From Candidatus Multivoradales bacterium (lineage in GTDB: Bacteria > Acidobacteriota > Thermoanaerobaculia > Multivoradales > JAHEKO01): a stretch of DNA of 64,000 nt. The first letter of the stretch is position 1. Every line of letters starts with the position of its first letter. The position numbers and the translations under genes were made by a program. The notes under the pieces were generated by a model. It did not search any database. It saw only the letters and a list, made by a program, of their open reading frames with translations, and was not told where the DNA came from. The stretch covers positions 640,001-704,000 of the forward strand of contig CBDFIJ010000004.1 in assembly GCA_965248055.1 (NCBI GenBank), read 5' to 3'. Positions 36,607-46,637 of this stretch are shown in pieces.

Positions 36607-37369
36607 TCTGCCTCGCGCCATGGCGATCTCTTCCCCATCGCTGGAATCTGGGGTCGATGGCGACAACTTTCTCGACCACTGGCAGGATTGGCTGCAAGCG
36701 TTGGAGAGCCAGGCTCTAGAGATCCAGTCTCGAACCATCGTTCAGATCCGCGCCAAGACTCTTTCGCCCAAAGTCTTGAACCAGGTGGTGGGTGTCGCCA
36801 AAGGCATCGTGCGCCGCAACCTACTGGTACTCAATGCCCGGGTCGACCTCGCTCTGGCTCTAGAAGTCGATGGAGTTCAGCTTCCAGAAGACGGACTTCC
36901 GGTTCGAGCGGTGCGCGCACTCGCCGGTCCTGATTTTTGGATTGGCCGCTCGGTGCATGATCTGGCGGGTGTTCGGGCCGCGGCTTCCCAGGGCGCCGAT
37001 TGGGTGACTTTGGCGCCGATCTTTGATCCCATCAGTAAACGTTCCTCCAGCGCTCCATTGGGGGTTGAGATCTTGGCCGAGGCTGCCGAGTATGGAATCC
37101 CCGTTTTTGCTCTGGGCGGGGTGACCGTTGACAATGCCAGCGTCTGCCGCGAGTCCGGTGCCTACGGAGTGGCAGGAATCTCTCTGTATAGCGCGGTCAC
37201 CAGAGCCCTGGACATCGAACCGCCGAAGTCTGACATCATCGACGCGGTGTCTAACGCGCAAGACAGTGCCAATCAACAAGACAGTGCCAATCAACAAGAC
37301 AGTGCCAATCAACAAGACAGTGCCGATGAACAAGCCAGGGCTCATGAACAAGACAGATCGATCGCTTGA
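36596..37369 (+). CDS. Thiamine-phosphate synthase/TenI family protein
   Basis: VQIRAK...NARVDLA...GRSVH...APIF...SK...ALGGVT. Confidence 0.8.
   Translation: MPHDLPRAMAISSPSLESGVDGDNFLDHWQDWLQALESQALEIQSRTIVQIRAKTLSPKVLNQVVGVAKGIVRRNLLVLNARVDLALALEVDGVQLPEDGLPVRAVRALAGPDFWIGRSVHDLAGVRAAASQGADWVTLAPIFDPISKRSSSAPLGVEILAEAAEYGIPVFALGGVTVDNASVCRESGAYGVAGISLYSAVTRALDIEPPKSDIIDAVSNAQDSANQQDSANQQDSANQQDSADEQARAHEQDRSIA
37259..37348 (+). repeat. 18-bp coding tandem repeat (QDSANQ)
   Basis: CAAGACAGTGCCAATCAA x3 plus CAAGACAGTGCCGATGAA plus one degenerate unit. Confidence 0.9.
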
Positions 37370-37440
37370 AGACGTCATCGCCGGATCGACTGGGCAAACA
37401 ACAGCAAGTGAACACAGCATCACAGGATAGATAGGGCGGA

Positions 37441-37842
37441 ATGATTTTGGGAGTTGGTACCGACATCGTCGCGATCGAACGCATTGAAAAGCTGGTCGAG
37501 GAGTATGGCGAGCGCTTCACCGCTAAGGTCTATACCGAACGTGAGCTGGTCAACGCGGAAGGCAAGGGGCCTCGCAGGGTGCAGCATCTCGCGGGCTTGT
37601 TTGCCGCCAAGGAAGCGGTTCTCAAAGCGCTGGGCACGGGTCAGTCACAGGGCGCGCGGCTGCAGGATGTTGAGTTGACCCCTCAGGACTCCGGAGCGCC
37701 CGAAGTCACCCTGCACGGAGCGGTTCGCGATCGATTCGAAAGTGACAAAGGGTCGGCGGTGCATGTATCGATCAGCCATGACGGCGGAATGGCGGTGGCA
37801 TTGGCAATTATTGAGACGGACGAGCCAAAGGGAGACGGATGA
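37441..37842 (+). CDS. acpS: Holo-ACP synthase
   Basis: GVGTDIV, FAAKEAVLKALGTG, VSISHD. Confidence 0.96.
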   Translation: MILGVGTDIVAIERIEKLVEEYGERFTAKVYTERELVNAEGKGPRRVQHLAGLFAAKEAVLKALGTGQSQGARLQDVELTPQDSGAPEVTLHGAVRDRFESDKGSAVHVSISHDGGMAVALAIIETDEPKGDG

Positions 37843-38339
37843 GCGCTTGGCGAGGAATCCGCGGAACCGCCTTGTTGCTAGCGCTCGGCATCCTAGCGAT
37901 CGATCAATGGTCGAAAGCCTGGATCGAGAAAGTGATCCCGATCGGTGGTCGGCGCGAGATCATTGCTGGATTCTTCAACCTCACCCACACCCGCAATGAC
38001 GGAGTCGCCTTCGGACTGTTTGCTGGCAGTGACGGCAGGTGGAAAGTGTGGCTGCTGGCTGGGTTGGCCCTGCTGGCAATTGGCGTCGTCCTGTCCCTGC
38101 TGCGCAGCACTCCAACAGAAAACCGGGTGTCGATCATTGCCTTGGGGTTGGTACTGGGCGGCGCGCTCGGCAATTTGATGGACCGGGTCGCCAGCGGCGC
38201 AGTCACCGATTTCTTGGACTTCTACCGGGGCGGGTATCACTGGCACACGTTCAATGTCGCAGACTCAGCAATCAGTGTTGGCGTCACCTTACTGCTACTG
38301 GATTCCTTGCTGCTCTCACGACGCAAGAAACTAACTTAG
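37839..38339 (+). CDS. lspA: Lipoprotein signal peptidase II
   Basis: DQWSK, NDGVAFG, GGALGNLMDR, VTDF, FNVAD. Confidence 0.96.
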   Translation: MSAWRGIRGTALLLALGILAIDQWSKAWIEKVIPIGGRREIIAGFFNLTHTRNDGVAFGLFAGSDGRWKVWLLAGLALLAIGVVLSLLRSTPTENRVSIIALGLVLGGALGNLMDRVASGAVTDFLDFYRGGYHWHTFNVADSAISVGVTLLLLDSLLLSRRKKLT

Positions 38340-38350
38340 GATCAAACGCG

Positions 38351-39340
38351 ATGGAGAGTACGCATCGTTGGCTGGTGCCCGAAGCGGTACACGGCCAGCG
38401 GCTTGACGTTCACGTTGCCGAGCACCTGGCGGAGCCGCGCAACCAAGTGCAACAGTGGATTCGTTCCGGCGCACTGCAAATTGACGGCGACTCGGGAAAA
38501 CCTTCGACCACTTTGCTTGGCGGCGAGGAAATTGCCGTCACCCCTCCCCAACGCACCGACACCCGGGTCACCGCGGAGTCCGGCGAACTGGACATCGTCT
38601 ACCAAGATAATGTCTTGATTGTGATCAATAAACCTTCCGGCTTAGCAGTACATCCGGGCGCAGGACGAACCACTGGCACCTTGGTTCATCGGCTTCTGCA
38701 CCACTTCCCCGAGATAGAAGGCGTCGGTGGCGAGGGTCGTCCCGGAATCGTCCACCGACTCGATCTGGGCACCACCGGAGTGATGCTGGTGGCCCGCACC
38801 CAGTCTGCCTACCAAGTCCTCAGCAGCGCGTTTCAAGAGCGAAAGGTGCGCAAGATCTACCTCGGAGTCTGCGAAGGCCGCCCGAAGTCCGAAGCTGGGA
38901 CCATGGAGTGGTCGATTGGCCGCCACCCACACAAGAGAAAGCAAATGTGGGCTACTGATCGCGGCAAATCCGCGCGCACCGACTACAAGGTACTGGGAAT
39001 CGCCAGGAGGTCGGCATTACTGGAGTTGGACATCCACACCGGGCGCACGCACCAGATCCGAGTTCATCTCAAGACTCTGGGCCATCCGCTGCTGGGCGAC
39101 GCGCTCTACGGTCGTGAGCTACCGCGCAACTGGGGCCAAGACTTACAAGCGGCGATCCGGGTATTTGACCGACCCGCGTTGCACGCCTGGAAGCTACAAC
39201 TCGCCCACCCGGTCTCGGGCGAAGAGATACTGTTCATGGCGCCAATCCCAGAGGACTTTCAGAGGCTATGGCAAGGACTCGGTGGGCCAACGCTCAGTGC
39301 AGTGCCTGATCTGTCGGTCAGCGCCCCGCATACTTCCTAG
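38351..39340 (+). CDS. rluD: RluA/RluD family 23S rRNA pseudouridine synthase
   Basis: S4 domain; NKPSGLAVHPG, GIVHRLD, TGRTHQIRVH, ALHA. Confidence 0.9.
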   Translation: MESTHRWLVPEAVHGQRLDVHVAEHLAEPRNQVQQWIRSGALQIDGDSGKPSTTLLGGEEIAVTPPQRTDTRVTAESGELDIVYQDNVLIVINKPSGLAVHPGAGRTTGTLVHRLLHHFPEIEGVGGEGRPGIVHRLDLGTTGVMLVARTQSAYQVLSSAFQERKVRKIYLGVCEGRPKSEAGTMEWSIGRHPHKRKQMWATDRGKSARTDYKVLGIARRSALLELDIHTGRTHQIRVHLKTLGHPLLGDALYGRELPRNWGQDLQAAIRVFDRPALHAWKLQLAHPVSGEEILFMAPIPEDFQRLWQGLGGPTLSAVPDLSVSAPHTS

Positions 39341-39415
39341 AAGAACCTGAACTGCCTTTCTAGGAGTGGCCTCAATTGCGGAGTTCGCCACCACCGCTCG
39401 CCTCGACCCACACCG

Positions 39416-39885
39416 CTACTCGACGGGTTCTAGATCCTCTTCCAGTTGGATCGTCTCCAGGTAGAGCACCAGCTCCTGGATTTTGCGCGCGGCCCGTTTC
39501 TCGCCATCGACCGGCTCCGCCCCTGGAACAGGACGCAACTCAGTCTGCAGCACTTCGCCCACACCGGCATCTCTCTTGCCCCATGCGCCTGGACAAATCT
39601 GCGACCATCGATGAACTCAGCAACCCGCTTGGCAGGAAACTCTCCTTCATTTTCTGGGCTTAGAAAACGCAAATCCGACGGTTCGACCTTGAGCATCGTC
39701 GCCAACATTCCGTTGCCGTCCGCGGCTTTGCCGTGGCAACTCGCGCAATAACGTTTGAACGTCACCCTACCACTGGCTGCGTACAGAGTCGGTTCCTCCT
39801 TTTGCTCCTGGCTTATCGCCGGAGTGAGCCCCAAAACCACAGCAAAGGCAAGCGTTAAAGCGACCCCAACAAACGATTTATTCAT
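39416..39885 (-). CDS. Monoheme cytochrome c with an apparent 1-bp frameshift near 39560
   Basis: Signal peptide; CASCH; HGAREMPVW. Adding one G gives WGEVLQ...KIQELVLYLETIQ ending at TAG 39416. Confidence 0.8.
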
Positions 39886-39994
39886 GATGTACCCTCCGAT
39901 GTTGTACACCGCAATTCCAGCAGTTTGGTCAGAGGGTTTGAGGTGTCTAAGCACCCTAGAACTGAGTCACAACTGGAGAAAAATCAGCAAGCAC

Positions 39995-41110
39995 TCAAGC
40001 CAACAGATCGGCGAGATCCCGGTGCTCGCGATCCTGTGATTCCGCCACCGGACCACAGGTGATCTCTCCGGCGTAGGTGTTGACCCCAGCAGCCAGATGG
40101 GGATCTCTGCGGGTGGCTTCTTCAGCTCCCAAGTCGGCCAAAGACAGCAAATGGGGCATGGTGGCGTTGTTCAGCGCGTAGGTCGACGTGCGAGGTACTG
40201 CACCCGGCATGTTGGTCACCCCGTAATGCACCACGCCGTCCACTTCATAGGTTGGCTCGGAATGGGTGGTCGCCTTGGTGGTCTCAAAACAGCCCCCTTG
40301 ATCGACCGCGACGTCGACGATCACCGAACCCGGTTTCATCTCCGCCAATAGATCTCGATTCACCAATTTGGGAGCCGAATAGCCAGGAACCAGAACCGCT
40401 CCGATCACCAGATCTGCGCGACTCAGGCCAGCAACGATGTTGTGCCGGTTGCTGGCCAAGGTGGTGAGCTGCCCGTGGAAGATCTCATCCAGATAGCGAG
40501 CCCGATCCAAATTGTTTTCCACAATCGTAACCCGTGCGCCCAGACCCAGAGCAATCCGCGCCGCGTTCAAGCCCACCACTCCCCCACCAATAATCACCAC
40601 GTCACCCGGGGGAACCCCAGGCACACCACCCAACAAGGTGCCGCGTCCGCCGAGACGACGCTGCATGAAGTAGGCCCCAACCAAGGTCGACATCCGCCCG
40701 GCAACCTCCGACATCGGCGTCAACAGCGGCAAGCGTCCGTTGCGGTCGGTAATGGTTTCGTAGGCAACGCCAGTGATCTTCTTCGCCAACAGGACGTTGG
40801 TCAGTTCCGGCAAGGGCGCCAAGTGCAAATATGTGTAGAGGGTCTGCCCCTCGCGCAGAAGGTCGTACTCACAAGCAACTGGCTCCTTAACCTTGACCAC
40901 CATCTCCGATTCGCCATACACCGCCGCCGCATCCGGCACAATCTTGGCCCCAGCGTCGACAAACTCTTGGTTGGTAATGCCACTGCCCTCACCGGCCCCA
41001 TCCTGGACTAGGACCTCATGGCCCCGTTCAGACAACTCGTGAGCCGCCGCCGGGATCATGCCGATGCGGTATTCGTGGTCTTTTACTTCGCTTGGAACGC
41101 CAACTCTCAT
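39995..41110 (-). CDS. ald: Alanine dehydrogenase
   Basis: [47 protein letters not shown]. Confidence 0.97.
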   Translation of the reverse strand: MRVGVPSEVKDHEYRIGMIPAAAHELSERGHEVLVQDGAGEGSGITNQEFVDAGAKIVPDAAAVYGESEMVVKVKEPVACEYDLLREGQTLYTYLHLAPLPELTNVLLAKKITGVAYETITDRNGRLPLLTPMSEVAGRMSTLVGAYFMQRRLGGRGTLLGGVPGVPPGDVVIIGGGVVGLNAARIALGLGARVTIVENNLDRARYLDEIFHGQLTTLASNRHNIVAGLSRADLVIGAVLVPGYSAPKLVNRDLLAEMKPGSVIVDVAVDQGGCFETTKATTHSEPTYEVDGVVHYGVTNMPGAVPRTSTYALNNATMPHLLSLADLGAEEATRRDPHLAAGVNTYAGEITCGPVAESQDREHRDLADLLA

Positions 41111-41227
41111 ATCGCTACCGGTCCTTTCGCACGCGGCTGAATGCCGAACGTTCGCTGTGGATCATTTGTCTCACTGCTGGCAACACCCCATTCGGTTCTT
41201 CGAGTCGCTCATCAATCAAGAGCGAAA

Positions 41228-41303
41228 TGGAGCGGGCAACGGGACTCGAACCCGCGACATCAAGCTTGGGAAGCTTGCACTCTACCAGCTGAGTTATGCC
41301 CGC
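41228..41303 (-). tRNA. tRNA-Gly (CCC)
   Basis: GCGGGCATAACTCAGCTGGTAGAGTGCAAGCTTCCCAAGCTTG...GGTTCGAGTCCCGTTGCCCGCTCCA. Confidence 0.97.
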
Positions 41304-41557
41304 TAAATGCCTTAACAGCTATGATTTAAGGTTCGCTACTGAATCTCTTTGATAGTCGAAGTTACCTGCGAGTTACCGCGCAGTGACTTTGACCCCTCAA
41401 GCCAGGGGGCAGCATAGCACCGCAAAACGCGACCTCATAGATCCGGTCTCTTGCTGGAGCGGGACGCGACAAATCCGCGAAACTCGCTCATAGTGGGTAC
41501 GCTTGGGATGTAGTCAGGCAGATTGGGGAAGCAAGACACCAACAGATTCACGTCTCA

Positions 41558-43306
41558 TTAGCTATGCGGTTCATCAAATAGCGGCGCAACCGAAGCCCCA
41601 GGGAGAGTTAACTGGCCAAATCTCTCTTTCGCGATCTTGGGTGCTATCTTGAATGTTGTGTCATAAGACTGCGAAGGCCTATCTAAACTTGCCCCATGCA
41701 GCATTTCTTCAACTGTGACGAGCTGTATTCGCGAATGCGAACTGCCTAGAGGCGATTCGTAAAACCCTGCAGATGCCGCCTCCGTCCGCATAGGTTTAGT
41801 TGGATTTCGGAGCGATAGCAACACCCCTATGGCAGCGCCTTCACGCTCGATCACACCGCGTAAGTCTCTGACGTGCGCCACGCTCGTCTTACCACCCTTA
41901 ACTGAGAAGATGATCTGTTTCGTATCTCCGCTGGTGTCGTCGTGGAAATAGAGTCGCCCGTCGATTCCCTTGTCAGCGCCCTTCGCGCCAGAATCTGCCT
42001 TTCGAGCGTCAGCTAGACCAAGCGCCCAAGCCTGAAATTGGAACGGATCGTCCTTGGCCAGCTGTCTGGCACCGTCAACTGCGGTTGGCTCACCCACCAC
42101 TGGCCTGTGCCAGTCAACCTCCTCGCCAAAATGGCCTCGCAAACGACTCTTGATTTGGTTGATTGCCAGGTGGGTTACATCGATCCCGATCCAAGTACGG
42201 CCCAACGCCTGGGAAGATGCCAATGCTGTTCCACATCCACAAAACGGGTCAAGAACCACATCGCCTTTGTTGCTACTTGCTGCGATTATGCGTTCCAGCA
42301 ACTTCAGCGGTTTCTGCGTCGGGTAGCCCAGCCGTTCAGCTTTTCCCGGAGGCCCAATGTCAGTCCAAACGTCCTGAAGCGGAACACCTGACATCTCGTC
42401 CAGATATCGTTTGTAGCGAGGCATGCCGCTCTTTGCGTGATACAGGCGGCGATCATGGACAAACGACTCCATATTGGATTTTGAATACGCCCAGTATCGC
42501 CCTTTGTACGGTGGTACACCATTGTATTCCCACCCAGGCTTCGGGTTCTTCCAGTCCCCATCCAGATCAGGGGCCCATCCCCCCCCCTCACGCTTCTTCA
42601 CGCGCCACAAATACTCTGTGTCGCCTCCAGGCTTTGCGGCAGTCAAATTATCGAGTTGATATCTCCTACCGGTGCCAAGTTCCTTGTGTGCGTACGAAGA
42701 CTTGATGTACTCCTCATTATAGGGAGTAAAAACCGGGTTCCAGGTCCATACTTGAGATTTCGTGTAGAAGAGAATGATGTCGTGGATATGGCCATGTCGT
42801 TTCCGTCCCTGTTTTGTATCGCTGTGTGCAGACGTACGCTTCCACACAAGTTCAGATTTGAATCTTTTTGCCCCAAAAACAGCATCGAGCAAGATCTTCA
42901 AGTAGTGGCTCGCCGTTGGATCGCAATGCAGATACATGGAACCTATTGGTTTGAGAACCCGGTGAAGCTCAACCAGCCTGGGGGCCATCATTGCTAGATA
43001 GGCAAGCATGTCAGACTCCCCTACGAGGCCGCGAAATGCTTGCAGCGCTCGGGAAACAGGACCACCGCTCTCTACAGTCTCGTGGTACGCACGTGCGGCG
43101 CCTTCGTCCCAGCGCCAAGTATCGTCAAACGCTTCAATTTGGGCTTCAGAACGTGTTCCATCCTGCTGCTTAAACAGTACGTTGTAGCTCTTGTTGGAGT
43201 TAAAAGGCGGGTCAAGGTACACCAGATCGACCGACTCGTCTTGGACATAACGACGCAGGATGTCTAGATTGTCACCGTAGAACAATTGGTTTCCGTTTTC
43301 AGCCAT
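41558..43306 (-). CDS. Beta-class N6-A/N4-C DNA methyltransferase with a C-terminal Mrr-like domain
   Basis: YLDPPFNS; YPTQKP; DPFCGCGT; GADKGIDG...SVKGG...VRDLRG. Confidence 0.88.
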   Translation of the reverse strand: MAENGNQLFYGDNLDILRRYVQDESVDLVYLDPPFNSNKSYNVLFKQQDGTRSEAQIEAFDDTWRWDEGAARAYHETVESGGPVSRALQAFRGLVGESDMLAYLAMMAPRLVELHRVLKPIGSMYLHCDPTASHYLKILLDAVFGAKRFKSELVWKRTSAHSDTKQGRKRHGHIHDIILFYTKSQVWTWNPVFTPYNEEYIKSSYAHKELGTGRRYQLDNLTAAKPGGDTEYLWRVKKREGGGWAPDLDGDWKNPKPGWEYNGVPPYKGRYWAYSKSNMESFVHDRRLYHAKSGMPRYKRYLDEMSGVPLQDVWTDIGPPGKAERLGYPTQKPLKLLERIIAASSNKGDVVLDPFCGCGTALASSQALGRTWIGIDVTHLAINQIKSRLRGHFGEEVDWHRPVVGEPTAVDGARQLAKDDPFQFQAWALGLADARKADSGAKGADKGIDGRLYFHDDTSGDTKQIIFSVKGGKTSVAHVRDLRGVIEREGAAIGVLLSLRNPTKPMRTEAASAGFYESPLGSSHSRIQLVTVEEMLHGASLDRPSQSYDTTFKIAPKIAKERFGQLTLPGASVAPLFDEPHS

Positions 43307-43558
43307 GCCACGAAGGCTATCAGTTCGCTTCACGTGCCAATATATCCAACTGGCTTATGCGATTTCAATGTTGGAATCTTGAATCGACACCCTCAGAAAC
43401 ATGAGAGTGAACCATGCACCGGTCCAAAGACGGACCCAAGAGAGTGCGAATAGAAGCTCGTCCTGAGGTTAGATCCGAATCTAAAGAACGCATGACCGAT
43501 GGAAAGAAAACCCTTGACTGGACCGCCCGACTCATAGAAGCCGAATATTCGTAAGTGC

Positions 43559-43897
43559 TTGACCGCTACGCCACGATGGTGGGATGTTCCTTTGATGCGT
43601 TTACGGCAACTTCGGCTGCGGAAGAGCTCAACAGGATTACTAGCGGTGATCATTTACGTGGCGATCACAGCTCTTCCTCTGCTGACGGGATCATCGCTGC
43701 ACGGGTTGGCTTCCATCGTCTTTCTTCTGACGCCTTGGATCTGGTTGATCCCGAGCGGTGGGTACCTTGCTTTGGGGACACATAGCTTCTGGATTATCTG
43801 CATCGGCGCCGCCTCGTTAAACGCGACCATCGTTTACTTGATGTTCGGTGGGCTGAGGGAGCGCGAAACTGGAGTTGGCCCCTTCTACCTTAGATAG
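43559..43897 (+). CDS. Hypothetical membrane protein
   Basis: Three hydrophobic segments. Confidence 0.5.
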   Translation: MTATPRWWDVPLMRLRQLRLRKSSTGLLAVIIYVAITALPLLTGSSLHGLASIVFLLTPWIWLIPSGGYLALGTHSFWIICIGAASLNATIVYLMFGGLRERETGVGPFYLR

Positions 43898-43969
43898 GTA
43901 GATTAAGAACAGGCGGCGACCCTGGGTCTGGCCGGATCCCCGAGATGGGAAACCTTGGACCAAGCTAGC

Positions 43970-44469
43970 TCAGCGATCTCCCATCAACACATCACCCAGG
44001 CCACCAAGAATCGACCCCTCTCCTTTGTGTTTGCCTCCACCCTGTGGGGCTGCAGCGAAGATGCGGCTTGCCAGGCGGCTGAACGGTAGCGACTGGACCC
44101 AGATCTTGCCGGGGCCGGTGAGGGCGGCAAAGAACAGCCCTTCTCCGCCGAATAACGCGGTCTTGATTCCCGGCACCATTTGGATGTCGTAGGCGACGGT
44201 GGACTCCAGTGCCACCAAGCACCCGGTATCTAGCCGCAAGGTCTCTCCGACGGCCAAGTCGCGTTCCAAGATGGTGCCACCGGCGTGGACGAAGGCCATT
44301 CCGTCCCCTTCCAGCTTCTGCAGGATGAAGCCTTCACCGCCAAAGAAACCGGCGCCCAGTCTGCGGTTGAAAGCGATGCCCACCGAAACACCCTTGGCGG
44401 CACACAGGAATGCGTCCTTCTGGCAGATCAATTGGCCGTTGTGCGAGGGCAGATCGATGGGAATGATGC
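43970..44469 (-). pseudogene. Duplicate of the 3' 500 bp of the TIGR00266 gene
   Basis: Colinear with 46753-47252; protein differs at only two positions seen (A/V and V/I). Confidence 0.92.
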
Positions 44470-44499
44470 TACAGGTGCCAGCCGAATATCCGGTTCGCT

Positions 44500-44710
44500 G
44501 GCAGTACAGCTTCGTCAATGTAGTCGAGACCCACAGCCGATGCTGAGGGTCGATTGAGATCTCCTGGATTCTCCCCTCGACCACAATCTCTGGGCGAAGA
44601 TCCGCCTGACTTTCCTGAGCCTCGACTTTCAAGCAACCGAACAGTGGAATTAGCAATGAAAGGGCCCATCTTCCTGCCAGGTTGCCTGATCGTCTTCCTA
44701 GGTTTCCCAT
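44500..44710 (-). pseudogene. N-terminal fragment of a secreted/lipoprotein (beta-propeller-like), fused in frame to the TIGR00266 duplicate
   Basis: GGAGGGGAG RBS; signal-like [10 protein letters not shown]; [16 protein letters not shown]; ends at the repeat. Confidence 0.5.
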
Positions 44711-44895
44711 ACTCCCCTCCTGTGACCTGATCTGGGCGGATTAGTTCCGAATCTTCCTAATAGCCGCTCTTGCATGATCATCAATCTGTCATGAGTACCA
44801 GCTGAATATCCGGATCGGTTTGCGCTGGAGATTCCGGCCCAAGCGGTGGCAGAAACTAAGGAAATATTCCTAGAAAAACTAATTAGGCACTTCCT

Positions 44896-45075
44896 CTACT
44901 CAAACAGGCTCACAGCGGCGAACCAAGCAGCAGCAGCTCCAATCGCGACGATCATTCCATACGACAAAAAGGAAACCAATGCAGCGAGCGTCACCACAAC
45001 GGCGGCCATGATCACAATCCCTCGCCTGCCATATCGATGGCCAACAAGGGCCACGGCAAGAACTCCAACTGTTAC
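44896..45075 (-). pseudogene. C-terminal fragment of a membrane protein
   Basis: Manual translation VTVGVLAVALVGHRYGRRGIVIMAAVVVTLAALVSFLSYGMIVAIGAAAAWFAAVSLFE*, starting at a repeat copy. Confidence 0.5.
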
Positions 45076-45294
45076 AGGTGCCAGATCAACCGTGTTACAG
45101 GTGCCAGCCGAATATCCGTGGATCTATCCTAGTGCGGAAGACGAGGAATCTTTCCACGGCCATGGCTGATACCGTTGGACTTATGAGGAAGCTCCATAGT
45201 CCTAATAGGTGCTAGCCGAATGTTCGGCTGGGACTAGTAATTCGGACTGCCAATTTGTGGGATGGGGTGTGTTGAGATTTTTGGAGGCCGGACA

Positions 45295-45690
45295 ATGCGC
45301 GATGAACAAGAGATACGAGATCTATTCAACAATTGGATAACATCAACAACCGAAGGAAATTTGGAATTAGCTCGTCAATGCATTGCCGATGACGCCGTGT
45401 TTCTTGTTCCCGGTGTTGGCGAGATGAATAAGGAAACGTTTGCTCAGGCTGCTGCGGGAGAATCACCTGAAGAATCCTCGATTGATTTTGCTCTCGATAG
45501 CAAGCTTCGTGAACTAAAGGTGTTTGGTGATCAAGCCTATCTTTGGATTGAATCGACCCTTGTATGTACTCCTAAGAATGGGGATCCGGCCACACGAATG
45601 GCGGGGCACTCCCTTTCGATATTAGAAAAGCGTGATGGCCGCTGGCAAATAATTCGAGACGCAAATACGATGACGGCGGTCCCGGAATAG
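45295..45690 (+). CDS. SnoaL/NTF2-like (DUF4440, SgcJ/EcaC-like) protein
   Basis: DEQEIRDLF...ADDAVFLVPG...LSILEKRDGRWQIIRDAN; GGAGG RBS. Confidence 0.85.
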   Translation: MRDEQEIRDLFNNWITSTTEGNLELARQCIADDAVFLVPGVGEMNKETFAQAAAGESPEESSIDFALDSKLRELKVFGDQAYLWIESTLVCTPKNGDPATRMAGHSLSILEKRDGRWQIIRDANTMTAVPE

Positions 45691-45914
45691 GTATTTCTGA
45701 ATGTGCAACGTAACAAATCGCTCTGTTTATAGTTGCTGCCGCTGCTCAGGTACCAGGCGAATACTCGGCCTGCACACAAAACTCCGCTCGCTTTCTCCAC
45801 CCGCGAGTGACACCCGGTAGGAAGAAAACCTCAGTGCGAGTAATCCCTTATCCCATAGAGCGAGACCCGACCAAGAACTGGGCTCTTGGACCGGTGGCGA
45901 GCTGCGTTTCATTC

Positions 45915-46637
45915 ATGGCTACCGAGATCGCGATGGCTGGTGTGATTATTCGGAGCCTGGAGCTGATGCCGTTGATGCCTCCCTTGATGACCCTTGCTGC
46001 TCAGGTGGTTGCGCTAAAGAAAGGACCTGAAGATCTAGAGCCGTTTGAGCGTTTTCTTTCCGAAGATATGGGGTTTTCGGGTATGTCGGAAGAGCTGGTT
46101 CGTGACGATTTCGCTCTGCCAAACTCTCACACCTTAGTAGCGCTGTGGAGTGCCATTGAGACCTGCCTTGAGGACACGATCGTCCTTACTTTGATGAACG
46201 ATGAGCGCGCTGCGACTTCCATCAGCGCAGAGGTTTCTATACCCAGCTATGACGAGGGACTACTTGACGAGCGTCAGGCGAGAGCTACGTTTCGTCGCCT
46301 TGAGAGCAAGGCCCGGCAAAGTCATGGGGTCATGGAGTCCGCCGACTGGATGCTAGGACTTATTGAAATGGCCCGAGAGCCAAGTTCAGACGCCTCGGAG
46401 GTGATGAGTGAGGTGAACGCACTACGAAACTCAATCATGCACAACGGTGGAGTATTGGACCAACGATCACTGAAGGCGGCACCAAGTCTGCGTTTCGTCG
46501 TTGGTGAGGAGATCAAAATCAAACGAGACGAGTTACGCTCCTACAACGACTCACTCAGTACTTTTGTTCAGGAACTGCTTTCTGGAGTGCTCGCGAGCCG
46601 CTATATGAGATCGAAGGAAGAACTTCAGCAATCTTGA
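45915..46637 (+). CDS. Hypothetical protein with a HEPN-type RxxxxH motif (start uncertain)
   Basis: Helical; WSAIETCLED...NALRNSIMHNGG. Confidence 0.6.
   Translation: MATEIAMAGVIIRSLELMPLMPPLMTLAAQVVALKKGPEDLEPFERFLSEDMGFSGMSEELVRDDFALPNSHTLVALWSAIETCLEDTIVLTLMNDERAATSISAEVSIPSYDEGLLDERQARATFRRLESKARQSHGVMESADWMLGLIEMAREPSSDASEVMSEVNALRNSIMHNGGVLDQRSLKAAPSLRFVVGEEIKIKRDELRSYNDSLSTFVQELLSGVLASRYMRSKEELQQS

Noticed and set aside
37259-37348. Possible CRISPR array
   Set aside because: Contiguous 18-bp in-frame repeats with no spacers; no cas genes in the window.
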